64,000 nucleotides of DNA from Scyliorhinus canicula (taxonomy: Eukaryota): NCBI RefSeq assembly GCF_902713615.1, contig NC_052168.1, positions 496,001 to 560,000 of the forward strand, in the 5' to 3' direction. The position numbers and the translations under genes were made by a program. Below, in pieces: positions 48,342 to 60,290 of this stretch. A model generated the notes under the pieces. The model worked only from the letters and a program-made list of their open reading frames with translations. It did no database searches and was not told the DNA's origin. Numbering within the stretch: the stretch's first letter is position 1; each line of letters begins with the position of its first letter.

Positions 48342-49142
48342 GTGAGTGACAGACACTTTGATTTCAAGGAGGAGTAAATGACTCGCTGTTAATGCTGAAA
48401 TTCGTCCTTTATTTGCCTTGTTTCCATTGAAATGGAGAATGGTCCGGACTGTTGCCCGGACAACCTGTAAGTTAGTGCACAAGTTTAGAATGTTTAAACA
48501 TACTTTAAACTTGGTTATCTTGATTGGCGGCTGGGAAGTATTCCCTCTAAATTTTCTTTACACGAGGGAGGTTAGTTACTGCTGTGTTTTTGCAATGATC
48601 TAAAGGCACCAGCCACTGATGCGGGACTGGGTAAATGACGTTGTGAGTCCATTTATTAAGACTGGGCACTTGAGAAGCAACATGGATATCAATCTTGAAG
48701 TGGTCAGCAGCAGAGCTGTCTCTGCATTGTCTGCTCAAAGCAAAAGCAAAACTAAAACTGGATCACATGGCACAAATCCTTTCCAGGGATGTTATGCTGA
48801 AATATTTTCAGCATTATTTTTTTTCCTCAGGAAGCAGCTTTCTTTTCAAATAATTGCAACTTTTGCAATAATGTGAGGATCCTCTTAAATGTTAACGTGT
48901 GGTGCATTCCAGATTGCTGCGTCTTTACTGGAACTTAGCTCCCAGGCCAGTTCATATTTGTGTTGCCCACTAAATGAAGCCACTTGATATGGCTGCTCTG
49001 CCTTCTCAGTACCATTGCTCAATCCATATTCTGTATAAATGTGGGAAGGAGAAGATTTGATGTGAAGGAAGCTTCACCTTTCAAACAGTAAGATGCTGTG
49101 TTCTTTTCATGAGGTTCCTTTTGCCCATTCCTTTGTGAATTA

Positions 49143-49453
49143 GGCAGCATGGTAGCACAAGTGGATAGCACAGTGGCTTCACAGCACCAGGGTCCCAGGT
49201 TCAATTCCCGGCTGGGTCACTGTCTGTGCGGAGTCTGCACGTCCTCCCCGTGTGTGCGTGGGTTTCCTCGGGTGCTCCGGTTTCCTCCCACCGCCAAAGA
49301 CCGTGCGGGTTAGGTGGATTGGCCATGCTAAATTGCCCAAAAAAAGGTTAGGAGGGGTTATTGGGTACAGGGTGGAAGTGAGGGTTTAAGTGGGTTGGTG
49401 CAACTCGATGGGCCGAATGGCCTCCTTCTCCACTGTAATCTTCTATGTTCTAT
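49143..49453 (+). mobile_element. Full-length V-SINE (HE1-like)
   Basis: Head, V core, TTCTATGTTCTA tail. Confidence 0.9.
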
Positions 49454-50904
49454 TTACCTTTAGGAACACCTTTTTGAAATTAAACGGTTTCTGTAGTATG
49501 TCAAGTGAAAATGGAAAGGTCTGCTAGAGATCACATGGCTGGCTGATGGCGATATCAGTAAAGGCATCAAATGGGGCCTCCGCATGTGTTCCTGATCAGA
49601 AATTAGAAGGGAAAGTGTGCGTAACAGTACTGGAGTTCCTGGATTTTGAAGTACTGAGGGATTGGGTGGCTGCACGTGGTTATGAAATGGAGAAGCTGCT
49701 GATTTGCTCGTGCTCTGATTTAGCAGCTGCTCCATAATCGAGGCAACGGGGACTTGATCCGCTTTAAATGTTGGCCTCTTCTCAGAGATCCAAATGCCAG
49801 ACATGGAGCCTGATGGCGCAAACAAAACGTCACAAACAAAAGTTCTGTTTGGACCTAAATTCGATTTTCACTTTAAAACATGAAGCACCTCAGTTTCAGT
49901 GGATTTGCTTTGAGATTCTGACACATTCCCTCTCTGCCCTGACTCTGAATTGGTGCCAATTCTCTGGTATTCCTCAAGGTCAGAATTATTTCCAAGACCA
50001 TCCTCCTCCGCCCCGCCCTGTGGATCTTTGTGTATCAGACAAACTTCAACATTTACATTTGTCTCAAGTCTGCCACTCTCGAGTAATTGTCATTGAACAA
50101 ATAACAACAGGCTAGGACTGAAGGCAAAAGAATATGTTAACTTGAAGGTAAATATGTGAATGTCAAATGTCAAAGTGGACAAATGAGGAAAGAAAGTAGT
50201 TGGACTGTTTTTAAAATCAGAGTTCGGGTGATTTTGATGCAACATGTTTGAGTCTCAAGGTCACAAAAACATCCTTGATGACGAAAGGGAAATTTGATCC
50301 ATGCAGGAAATGGCTGCCTGATGGGTTATTGTGTGCGCGCGATTGGCACTATTTTAAAACAAATTCATAAATTGTCTCGATGCCCTTTCCCGACATTTGG
50401 GGTCAGTCAGCTGTGAGCAGCTGTTCCTTGGATCATCTATAGTTTCATCTGCTGTTTTTAACCTTTTGAAACCAGTTGGGTTCTACATTAAAGCCAGTTG
50501 TGGCATGGAAAATAGTGGCTAGCAGCTTCGCGAATTCACAGGCATCGTGATCTCACGGTGTTCGCCTGAATTCTGCATTTTCCCTGTTTTTCAGCAGAAC
50601 TTTGATGTTTTGCATGATTGATTCAGAATTGTTTTCAGGCAACCCCCCCCCCCCCCCCCATCCGTCCTCTCTCCCTCCCCAGCCCCTCCTCTCTCCCTCC
50701 CTCCTCCCTGCCTCCCATCCCTGACCATTTGTGATTATTATCATTTAACACTTTAGAAATGTCAGTCGGTGTTGCAGATTTTGATTGTTGACGTCCTGCC
50801 CCTGACCACTTTTCTCTCTCCTGTCCTGGAATTTCTGACTCTTGTTGGGTTCAGTTCACAGGAGACAGATACGGGGGCCCTCCAGCCCCTCACGCACTCC
50901 ACCC

Positions 50905-51010
50905 TCTCACTGTCCATGTGGAGTTTGCACGTATCTGTGTGGGCCTCACTCCACAACCCAAGATGTGCAGGGTAGGTGGATAGGCCACGCTAAATTGCTC
51001 CTTAATGGGA
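50905..51010 (+). mobile_element. V-SINE fragment
   Basis: CACAACCCAAGATGTGCAGGGTAGGTGGATAGGCCACGCTAAATTG. Confidence 0.75.
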
Positions 51011-51027
51011 ATTTGTTTTTTGAGAAA

Positions 51028-51350
51028 GAATGTTCCCGATGGTGGGGGAGTCCAGAACTTGGGGTCACAGTTTGAGGATAAGGGGTAAACCTTTTAGGAC
51101 TGAGGTAAGGAGAAATTTCTTCACCCAGAGAGTGGGGAATCTGTGGAATTCACTCCCACAGAAAGTAGCTGAGGCCAAAACATTGTGTAATTTCAAGAAG
51201 GAATTGGATATCGTTCTTGGGCTAAAGGAATCGAGGGATATGGGAGAAGGCAGGATCAGGCTACTAAACTTGATGATCAGCCATGAATAGCTGAGCAGGC
51301 TTGAAGAGACGAATGACCTCTTCCTGCTTCTGTTTTTTTCTGTTTCTATG
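51028..51350 (+). mobile_element. CR1 LINE 3' end
   Basis: MFPMVGESRTWGHSLRIRG..FRTEVRRNFFTQRV.NLWNSLP. Confidence 0.88.
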
Positions 51351-51359
51351 TCCTATTTT

Positions 51360-53175
51360 GACCTGTAGCCCCATGTGCTCTCTCAGGTGGGTATGAATGA
51401 TCCCATGACACTATTGGATAAAGTGCAAGAGTTTATGCCCCAAAGTCTATCCTCAACCAATCAGCCCATTGTGGTCTCCAGGATGACGCGGTCTCGGGGA
51501 TAACGCGGTCTCCAGGATAACGCGGTCCCCAGGATGACGCGGTCCCCAGGATGACGCGGTCTCGGGGATAACGCGGTCTCCGGGATAACGCGGTCTCCAG
51601 GATAACGCGGTCTCCGGGATAACGCGGTCCCCAGGATAACGCGGTCCCCAGGATAACGCGGTCCCCAGGATAACGCGGTCCCCAGGATAACGCGGTCTCC
51701 AGGATAACGCGGTCTCGGGGATAACGCGGTCCCCAGGATAACGCGGTCTCGGGATAACGCGGTCTCGGGGATAACGCGGTCTCGGGGATAACGCGGTCTC
51801 CAGGATAACGCGGTCTCGGGGATAACGCGGTCTCGGGGATAACGCGGTCTCCAGGATAACGCGGTCTCGGGGATAACGCGGTCTCGGGATAACGCGGTCT
51901 CGGGGATAACGCGGTCTCCAGGATAACGCGGTCTCCAGGATAACGCGGTCTCGGGGATAACGCGGTCCCCAGGATAACGCGGTCTCCAGGATAACGCGGT
52001 CTCGGGGATAACGCGGTCCCCAGGATAACGCGGTCTCCAGGATAACGCGGTCCCCAGGATAACGCGGTCCCCAGGATAACGCGGTCCCCAGGATAACGCG
52101 GTCCCCAGGATAACGCGGTCCCCAGGATAACGCGGTCTCCAGGATGCGGTCTCGGGGATAACGCGGTCCCCAGGATAACGCGGTCTCCAGGATAACGCGG
52201 TCTCCAGGATAACGCGGTCTCCAGGATAACGCGGTCTCCAGGATAACGCGGTCTCCAGGATAACGCGGTCTCCAGGATAACGCGGTCTCCAGGATAACGC
52301 GGTCTCGGGGATAACGCGGTCTCGGGGATAACGCGGTCTCGGGGATAACGCGGTCTCGGGGATAACGCGGTCTCGGGGATAACGCGGTCTCCGGGATGAC
52401 GCGGTCTCCGGGATGACGCGGTCTCCAGGATGACGCGGTCTCCAGGATAACGCGGTCTCGGGGATAACGCGGTCTCCAGGATAACGCGGTCTCCGGGATA
52501 ACGCGGTCTCCAGGATAACGCGGTCTCGAGGATAACGCGGTCTCGGGGATAACGCGGTCTCGGGGATAACGCGGTCTCGGGGATAACGCGGTCTCCAGGA
52601 TAACGCGGTCTCGGGGATAACGCGGTCTCGGGGATAACGCGGTCTCGGGGATAACGCGGTCTCCAGGATAACGCGGTCTCCAGGATAACGCGGTCTCGGG
52701 GATAACGCGGTCTCCAGGATAACGCGGTCTCCAGGATGACGCGGTCTCGGGGATAACGCGGTCCCCAGGATAACGCGGTCTCCAGGATAACGCGGTCCCC
52801 AGGATAACGCGGTCCCCAGGATAACGCGGTCCCCAGGATAACGCGGTCCCCAGGATAACGCGGTCTCCAGGATAACGCGGTCTCGGGGATAACGCGGTCT
52901 CGAGGATGACGCGGTCTCCGGGATGACGCGGTCTCCGGGATGACGCGGTCTCCGGACGCGGTCTCCGGGATGACGCGGTCTCGGGGATAACGCGGTCTCG
53001 GGGATAACGCGGTCTCGAGTGATGCGGTCTCCAGGATACGCGGTCTCCGGGATAACGCGGTCTCCGGGATAACGCGGTCTCCGGGATAACGCGGTCTCCA
53101 GATGATGCGGTCTCCAATTTGTGTGCCTCAGGACATTGCGAACATGTGAAAAGTGCTAGATAAATACAAATGTTC
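51360..53175 (+). mobile_element. Old DeuSINE split by the 17-bp array
   Basis: CTCTCAGGTGGG...GATCCCATGACACTATT...CCTCAACCAA before the array; GTGAAAAGTGCTAGATAAATACAA SINE-type 3' end after it. Confidence 0.5.
51472..53116. repeat. 17-bp CpG-rich minisatellite GGATAACGCGGTC(T/C)C(CA/GG), about 95 units
   Basis: Direct inspection. Confidence 0.97.
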
Positions 53176-53184
53176 TATTACTAT

Positions 53185-53336
53185 TGTCATGCGAGTGTCC
53201 CTTTCAGAAATGTTTTGTATTATCAAATGGCTTCAGTGATGTTATTGTGTGGGTGGAGCTGGGCTGTGGCCCTGGGATTTAGTTTTGTTTACACGTTTGG
53301 AAGCCGGATTCAAACAGAGAAGTCTTGCCTTGTCTG

Positions 53337-53414
<78 letters not shown>

Positions 53415-53781
53415 GCATGTTAAAAGTTATCTCCAGATCACTTGCTAACTTAACTGTTTTATGGAAGGAAATCAAATCTACTGTTTTGGTAAAAGGGTTT
53501 TCTGGTTTATGGATGTTGTTACTTAATTACAACAATTGAGGGAAGTTGTAAGGGTTATATAGAGTGCTGTAGCTGTGTGGGGTACTTAAGTTTTGTAGTT
53601 GATAAAAATGCTTACTGTGTGTGTTTATAACGATGTTAACTGAATTCGTAGAATAAATTTAGTTTTTGATTAAAAGTGCTTAAGGCCTCTGTTGAATCTG
53701 AACCTGAAAGGCAGGTCCTCGTGCTCCTCATTACCAAAATCAATACAATAACCAGTTGTGGGTCAGGTGAACTCCATGACA
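53185..53781 (+). mobile_element. Solo LTR (Gypsy-type) containing a (CT)n microsatellite
   Basis: TGTCATG...CATGACA inverted termini; flanks CTAT/CTGT (4-bp TSD, one mismatch); internal AATAAA near 53652. Confidence 0.7.
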
Positions 53782-54229
53782 CTGTAGATTGTTTATTGGA
53801 GATGTTTTGCTTTTCCGTGTTTTGTGCATTAGTAAAAGGTCCCACAATTCATTCCCAATCCTTGAGATTCTATTAGGGTTAGGGTTGCTGCAATTGGCCT
53901 CAGTACCCTGGGCTGAGATGTGAGAAGTAGTTGGATAGGGTAGAATCAGGATGCAATGTGAACACCTGTCTTTACTCTGAGGACATCCGAAGGCTTGAGT
54001 GACAGGAGAAGGAGACAGTTTGAGAGTTATCCCAGTGAGAGTCAACTCAGACTTCTCTTAAAGAAAAATAATAAACCATTTGTTCTCCTTGACAGAACAA
54101 AGCTTCTGCTTCCAGGTCCAAATTGCAGACCACCGCAGGATCCAGAATCTTTCCCCGACTAACTTACCACGCAGTCATATCCAAAATGGCGAGTGTGCAG
54201 GACCCTACTGGAGGGGCCCACAATCCCTC

Positions 54230-55151
54230 CGCCCGAGGTCACACCCTCCCCGCACCGAGGTGCCCCCCCTGCCCGAGGCCACGCCCCCCCCGCACCGAGG
54301 TCACGCCCCCCCGCACCGAGGCCGTGCCCCCTGCCCGAGCCACGCCCTCCCCGCACCGAGGTCACGCCCCCCCGCACCGAGTCACGCTCCCCCCCCGCAC
54401 CGAGGACACGCCCCCCCCCCCCCCCGACCGGACACGCCCCCCCGCCCCCGCACCGAGGACACGCCCCCCCCCGCACCGAGGTCACTCCCCCCCCCCCACC
54501 GAGGTCACGCCCCCCCCCGCACCGAGGTCACGCCCCCCCCTGCACCGAGATCACGCCCCCCTGCACCGAGGCCACGCCCCCCGCACCGAGGTCACGCCCT
54601 CCCCGCACCGAGGTCACGCCCCCCCTGCACCGAGGTCACGCCCCCCCGCACCGAGGTCACGCCCCCCACCGAGGTCACGCCCCCCCCCGCACCGAGGTCA
54701 CGCCCCCCCCCGCACTGAAGTCACGCCCCCTCCCGCACCGAGGTCACGCCCCCCCCCCCGCACCGAGGTCACGCCCCCCCCGTACCGAGGTCACGCCCCC
54801 CCCGCACCGAGGTCACGCCCCCCCCACCCGACGGTCACGCCCCCCCCGCACCGAGTCACGCCCCCCCCCACCGAGGTCACGCCCCCCCACCGAGGTCACG
54901 CCCCCCCCGCACCGAGGTCACGCCCCCCCCGCCCCGAGGTCACCGCCCCCCCCCCACACCGAGGTCACGCCCCCACCGCACCGAGGTCACGCCCCCTCTG
55001 GCACCGAGGTCACGCCCCCCCCCACCGATCACGCCCCCCCCGCACCGAGGTCACGCCCCCTCTGGCACCGAGGTCACGGCCCCCCCCCCCACACCGAGGT
55101 CACGCCCCCCCGCAACCGAGGTCACCCCCCCCCCTCCCGCACCGAGGTCAC
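54230..55151. repeat. About 22-bp minisatellite GCACCGAGGTCACG(C)n, about 40 units
   Basis: Direct inspection; variable C-run length. Confidence 0.95.
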
Positions 55152-55311
55152 AAAGATTTGGATTTTGCCAGTTTACATCTGAATACTGAGTTATGTTATG
55201 GGTTTGGGGGGGATTAATGGGTAATAAAATTCTACATTACAGAATGGATGGAATCATTTAATTAAACCTTGAAGAGTTTTACTCAAAGAGTGGGTGGGTA
55301 AGAGCTCCGTC

Positions 55312-55673
55312 TAGATCCGGGACAGTGGGTAGATTATTATTCCGTACGGATCCGGAACAGGTGGATAGATGTCTATTCCGTACAGATCCGGGGTTGCTGG
55401 ATAGATGTCTATTCCGTACAGATCCGGGGTCGCTGGATAGATGTCTATACCGTACAGATCCGGGGTCGCTGGATAGATGTCTATTCCGTACAGATCCGGG
55501 TCGCTGGATAGATGTCTATTCCGTACAGATCCGGGGTCGCTGGATAGATGTCTATCCCGTACAGATCCGGGGTCGCTGGATAGATGTCTATTCCGTACAG
55601 ATCCGGGGTCGCTGGATAGATGTCTATTCCGTACAGATCTGGAATAAACATCTATCCTCTGTTTCCGGATCTA
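55312..55673. repeat. 36-bp tandem array with an inverted terminal unit (foldback/MITE-like)
   Basis: Unit GATCCGGGGTCGCTGGATAGATGTCTATTCCGTACA; ends TAGATCCGG...CCGGATCTA. Confidence 0.85.
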
Positions 55674-56099
55674 TTCCGTGTTGGGATTGTGGAATTATTT
55701 TCCCAAGACATTAGTCCAGCCAAAGCTGCAATGTTTTTGCTTCCCAGCTACACCGGGTTATTTTCCCAAAGTTATTTGAAAAATTGCAGAATGGATTTCA
55801 AAATATTCTGAAGGTCTATATATCTGCATGAGGTGGTTTGTAATTGTATGCGTGCATTTGTTGAAAGAAGGATTTGATACCAAACCCTGCTCTATTACAT
55901 TCTGTTAAGGTTTGGGCCCATTGTTTAGTATCGTCTTGTACGTATTGTCTCCCATATAAAATGTATCAGTGTCCAACTCTGGAAAAGCCCAAAAATGAGA
56001 TAACAAAACATCAAAGGTTTCAGTGTAATACACGATCAGTAAGAGAGCTAATCTGAAGTGGAGATTTTTTTTTCTGGGGTACATTTACGAACATCCAAA

Positions 56100-56665
56100 A
56101 TAAGAGCGTAATAAGGCCATTCAGCCCCTCGAGGCTATCCACCATTCAATAAGATCATGGCTGATCTGTTTGTGTTTCGAATTCCACATTCCCATCCACC
56201 CCGATAACCTCTGATTTGCTGCCTAACAAGAATGTGTCTACCTCCACCTTAAATCGATTTAATGACTCCACTCCTGAGGCAGAGTTCCAAGTTGCACAAC
56301 CTTTGAGAAAAAAAATTACCCCATCTCTATCCCAAAAGGGAAACCCCTAATCTGGACTCGCCCACAAGAGAAAATATCCTTCCCACATCCACCTTGTCAA
56401 GACCGTTCAGGATCTTATACACTTCAATAAGTCACCCCTCACTCTTCTAAACTCTGAAGAATACCCATTTACACATACTGTCTGAAACAATCTTCTAATT
56501 AATATGTTAATGATCTAATCAGTATGCTAATATATTACTCCCTACACCATGAACTTTTATTTTCCTCAAAAACCTTTCAACGTGGCACCTAATCAAACGC
56601 CTCCTGGAAATCTAAGCACATCTACAGGTTCCCCTTTATCCACAGCACATGTTACTCCTTCAATG
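56100..56665 (-). mobile_element. Old CR1 LINE fragments
   Basis: GGCCATTCAGCCCCTCGAG 3'UTR signature and VVYLDFQEAFD-like RT remnant. Confidence 0.7.
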
Positions 56666-56934
56666 AATGACCATGAAGATCTCCTGAGATACAGAGTTCA
56701 AGAGACACTGAAACTAATCAGTGCCCCAGCTGCAACCCTGGTGGAAGATATCTCACTAAACACTGTACTCGTATCTTTTATTGTCCCAGGTGCTGGAATG
56801 AGTCCTGCCAATGTCTACACAACAAGAGGGCAGACATATTAGAACTTGGGCACTAATTTTGCAGTTCAACCAATATTAACATCTGTATTTTCACATCCAA
56901 GCCCAATGACTAGGTGTTAATGAAAGTTGTAACC

Positions 56935-57031
56935 AAAGAGAAAATGCTGGGAAATCTCAGCAGGCCTGGCAGCATCTGTATGGAGAGAAAAGAGCGAACG
57001 TTTCGAGTCCAGATGACTCTTTGTCAAAGCT
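56935..57031 (-). mobile_element. Penelope-like terminus with variant hammerhead motif
   Basis: AGCT-TTGACAA-A-GAGTC atctg GACTC-GAAA-CGTT-CGCT. Confidence 0.6.
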
Positions 57032-57139
57032 ATTATGAAAGTTGTAATGTGTGTCTTGTGTTTCTGTTTGATTTGCACAAACTTATCAATCTCCCCAGGA
57101 CTGGTAAACTGTATTTTCGGTTCAGTTTATTAAAGGTGC

Positions 57140-57512
57140 TGGACGGGATGGACAGGATGGACGGGATGGACAGGGTGGACGGGATGGACGGGTGGACGGG
57201 ATGGACGGGGGACGGGGTGGACGGGGTGGACGGGGTGGACGGGGTGGACGGGGTGGACGGGTGGACGGTGGACGGGATGGACAGGATGGCAGGGTGGACG
57301 GGGTGGACGGATGGACGGGATGGACAGGGTGGACGGGTGGACAGGGTGGACGGGGTGGACAGGATGGCGGGATGGACAGGTGGACGGGATGGACAGGGTG
57401 GACAGGATGGACGGGGTGGACAGGATGGACGGGATGGACGGGGGACGGATGGACAGGGTGGACGGGATGGACAGGGTGGACAGGGTGGATGGGATGGACA
57501 GGATGGACAGCA
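57140..57512. repeat. Degenerate 9-bp G-rich repeat GGAC(G/A)GG(A/G)T
   Basis: Direct inspection. Confidence 0.9.
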
Positions 57513-57583
57513 GACAGATCTATGGATTCAGCCAACAATGAAGAACAAGTGGTTTGGGTCTGGACGCACAACCTGGAAGTGTG

Positions 57584-57815
57584 GTGTGTCTGCGTGGGTT
57601 TCCTCCGGGTGCTCTGGTTTCCTCCCACAGTCCAAAAGATGTGCAGGTTGGGTGGATTGATCATGATCAATTGCCTCTTGGTGTCCAAGGCTGTGCAGGT
57701 TAAGTGTGGTTACAGGGTTGCAAGGGTAGGGTGGAGCCTGTTCGGCTCCTCTTTGAAAGGGTTGGTGCACACTCGATGGGCTGAATGGCCTCCTGCACTG
57801 TAGTGATTCAATGAT
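57584..57815 (+). mobile_element. 5'-truncated V-SINE
   Basis: V core and tail. Confidence 0.85.
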
Positions 57816-58339
57816 TATGAATGGCACTAAGTCTTGATGCTAATTTCGAGGGTTGCTCCCAAGTGTAATATGGCATTGAGATCTTGTCCTGTAATATCTA
57901 CGGAGTATCAGTTCGAGTTAGATTTCCACTTTGCTCCTACTTACCTGGAAATGAATCAGCTGCTTTCTTGCCCAATATTCTAACTCCAGCCTTGTGAGAA
58001 AGGTGCAGTGAGTGCCTGAGGCTTTGAATCGGGGGCAGTTGAATTTGGAGCTAAGGAATAATAATAATCTTTATTATTGTCACAAGTAGGTTTACATTAA
58101 CAATGAAGTTACTGTGACAATCCCTTAGTCGCTGATCACCACCCTAAAGATGCTCAGGTACAGATCGCTTGAGATATCCTTCAGTTATCTGATGATTTGA
58201 TATTTGGAAATGTAACCCATGGACTAGGAGAAAATAATTGCTGTGGATAGTATATAAATCTATTGTGACTTTGGACTACAGTATGACAGAATCCCATGAG
58301 GGTGTAAAAGTTCTTTGTGATGATGTGGATGATGACTGT

Positions 58340-60290
58340 GGAAAAGCTCACACATCCTCACTACCTTCTCAATATTCTAGTTGACGCCCTGACCAATATG
58401 AAGTCTACGTTGACGAGCATCTTGTTCATCTTGTGTCTAACTGACCAGAGCTACAGGTACAAGCACTTGTTTTCCTTTGAATTCACACTTACTGAAATAC
58501 CCAGTTCCTCTTTCCAGGGCTAAAATCATCTAAGGGTGTCGGACATTGTAATGTATCAGGAGGGCCTTCTACAGTGACTCTCCGTACCTTCAGTCACAAA
58601 TCATTTGCTGTTTCCACCTGAAAGTGACCGATCAGACTGACCAAATACACCTTCTACTCTGTTGTCTATTGTAAATCTAGCAAAACATTTGTGTTCTTTT
58701 CCTGATTTGTTTACTTGTTCTCTGTGTCTGAAGTAACCATTTTGCTGCCCAGATTCTGACAGATGCTGAAATTGTCTCCCTGTAGTTTATTACAAGTTGG
58801 TGTAGTCTGGGTAATGTTCTTGTCAGCGGACAAACCATTTCCAGTTGTTTATAGTTAATTTCCACAATGAATTGTTAATCAAACAGATATCTGGAATTTT
58901 GTGATACCAAATACCAGAGCAAGATTCTCAGATTCTATGTTCAAATAATTGGATTGTGCTTATGATAGGCTTCTGGAGCCAAGTACAATTGGCTTGCATA
59001 GTGCACGCTCCTAACCCTTTTTGAGGCGTAGTGCCATCTAAGATTGTGGAATTGTAGACCCATGTGTCTCCTGATAATGTTGGCTTGAGTTACTCAGATG
59101 TGTGTTGATGTTCCTCCTGTCTACGTATGGAACATCCTTGACCTGCAGTTCGCTTAGTCAATGGTGCTCAATGGTCACCAATTTAGCTACGTCTGGTTGG
59201 CCAAGAAGTTGAATAATCCTAGTCAACTCTGCAAGTCCTCTTTGTCCTGGAATGTAGACATCTCAAACCTCTTTGTGTTGTCCTGGGTCAATATGGATCA
59301 TAACTTGAGTAAAAACAGCGAAGAAAGTTAGTCTGTCCCACACCCTCACTCTACTTCCTGCTCTGACAGGTGAATCCTTCATGATGAATTGGTGCTGTCT
59401 TTGTGTAGATTTCAATGCTTTTCATTGGTTTTTCCCATCATCACAATGTCTTCGGCAATGGATACACATTCAGAGATATTTTCTATGATTCTCTGGGGAA
59501 CATCCTGCCTGATGGGTAAAGCAGAGGGTAATCTCTGGGAGCAGTAACGTCCGACTGGTGCCCTGAGGGTGGTGATTCCTGAGACCCATCTGCTGAATGA
59601 AGCGACCAATATCTATGTTTGGATTCTAACTTGGAGGGAAGCTTTGCGGCTGTGAATCTGGGATTCAATTCCTCTAATCTAGGATCTCTTTATAACAAGA
59701 TGTATAAAGCCTGGGTCCAAGCATATGGATTGTACCAGCATTTTTTTTCAGTCCATATGTGATGGAGTGCCCCAGTCAGTATGCTGATGGAGTGCCCCAG
59801 TCAGTATGCTGGTGTACAGCTTGAATAATGCCCTTGCCCTCCACATCATTTAACTTGTCCGTGAGGTTCTCCTTCACTCTGCACTTTCTCAGAGGGTTCA
59901 TCGGCATCTTCCGAGGCCTAGAACAGCATCACCACTGAAACTCCCGATAGCATCAAGTGTCTGTTATAGAGCTCATAAACTGATTCAATGTGATATTGGC
60001 CTCTTCTCCTGTATTGGTGATCTTGTGCATAGTCACAATGTTAAGTTCCACAATGCTGATGTATCCAGCTATGGCTGCATCCCTTGTGCCCACCAAGAAT
60101 ACATGTGGTTTCCAGGCAGATCTGCCGTAGCTGCTACTCAATGTCAATGTTCCTACGCAGTGAATGGGTGAATCTTTGTACACAGTTAACGTGACTGTCG
60201 GATGTTGTGATTGTATCATCGTCTCCCATGGATCTCGATACATTCTCTTCAGGATCCTGGCCTATGAAATGTTCGCTCCTATTCCCATGT
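58340..60290 (-). mobile_element. Highly degenerate Ty3/Gypsy pol remnant
   Basis: RYCSQRLPSALPIRQDVPQRI...SIAEDIVMMGKTNEKH (degenerate LPFG and xADD), KL.SK..YWSL, protease-adjacent LTVY..SPI.CVG.LTL; many frameshifts; boundaries uncertain. Confidence 0.6.
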
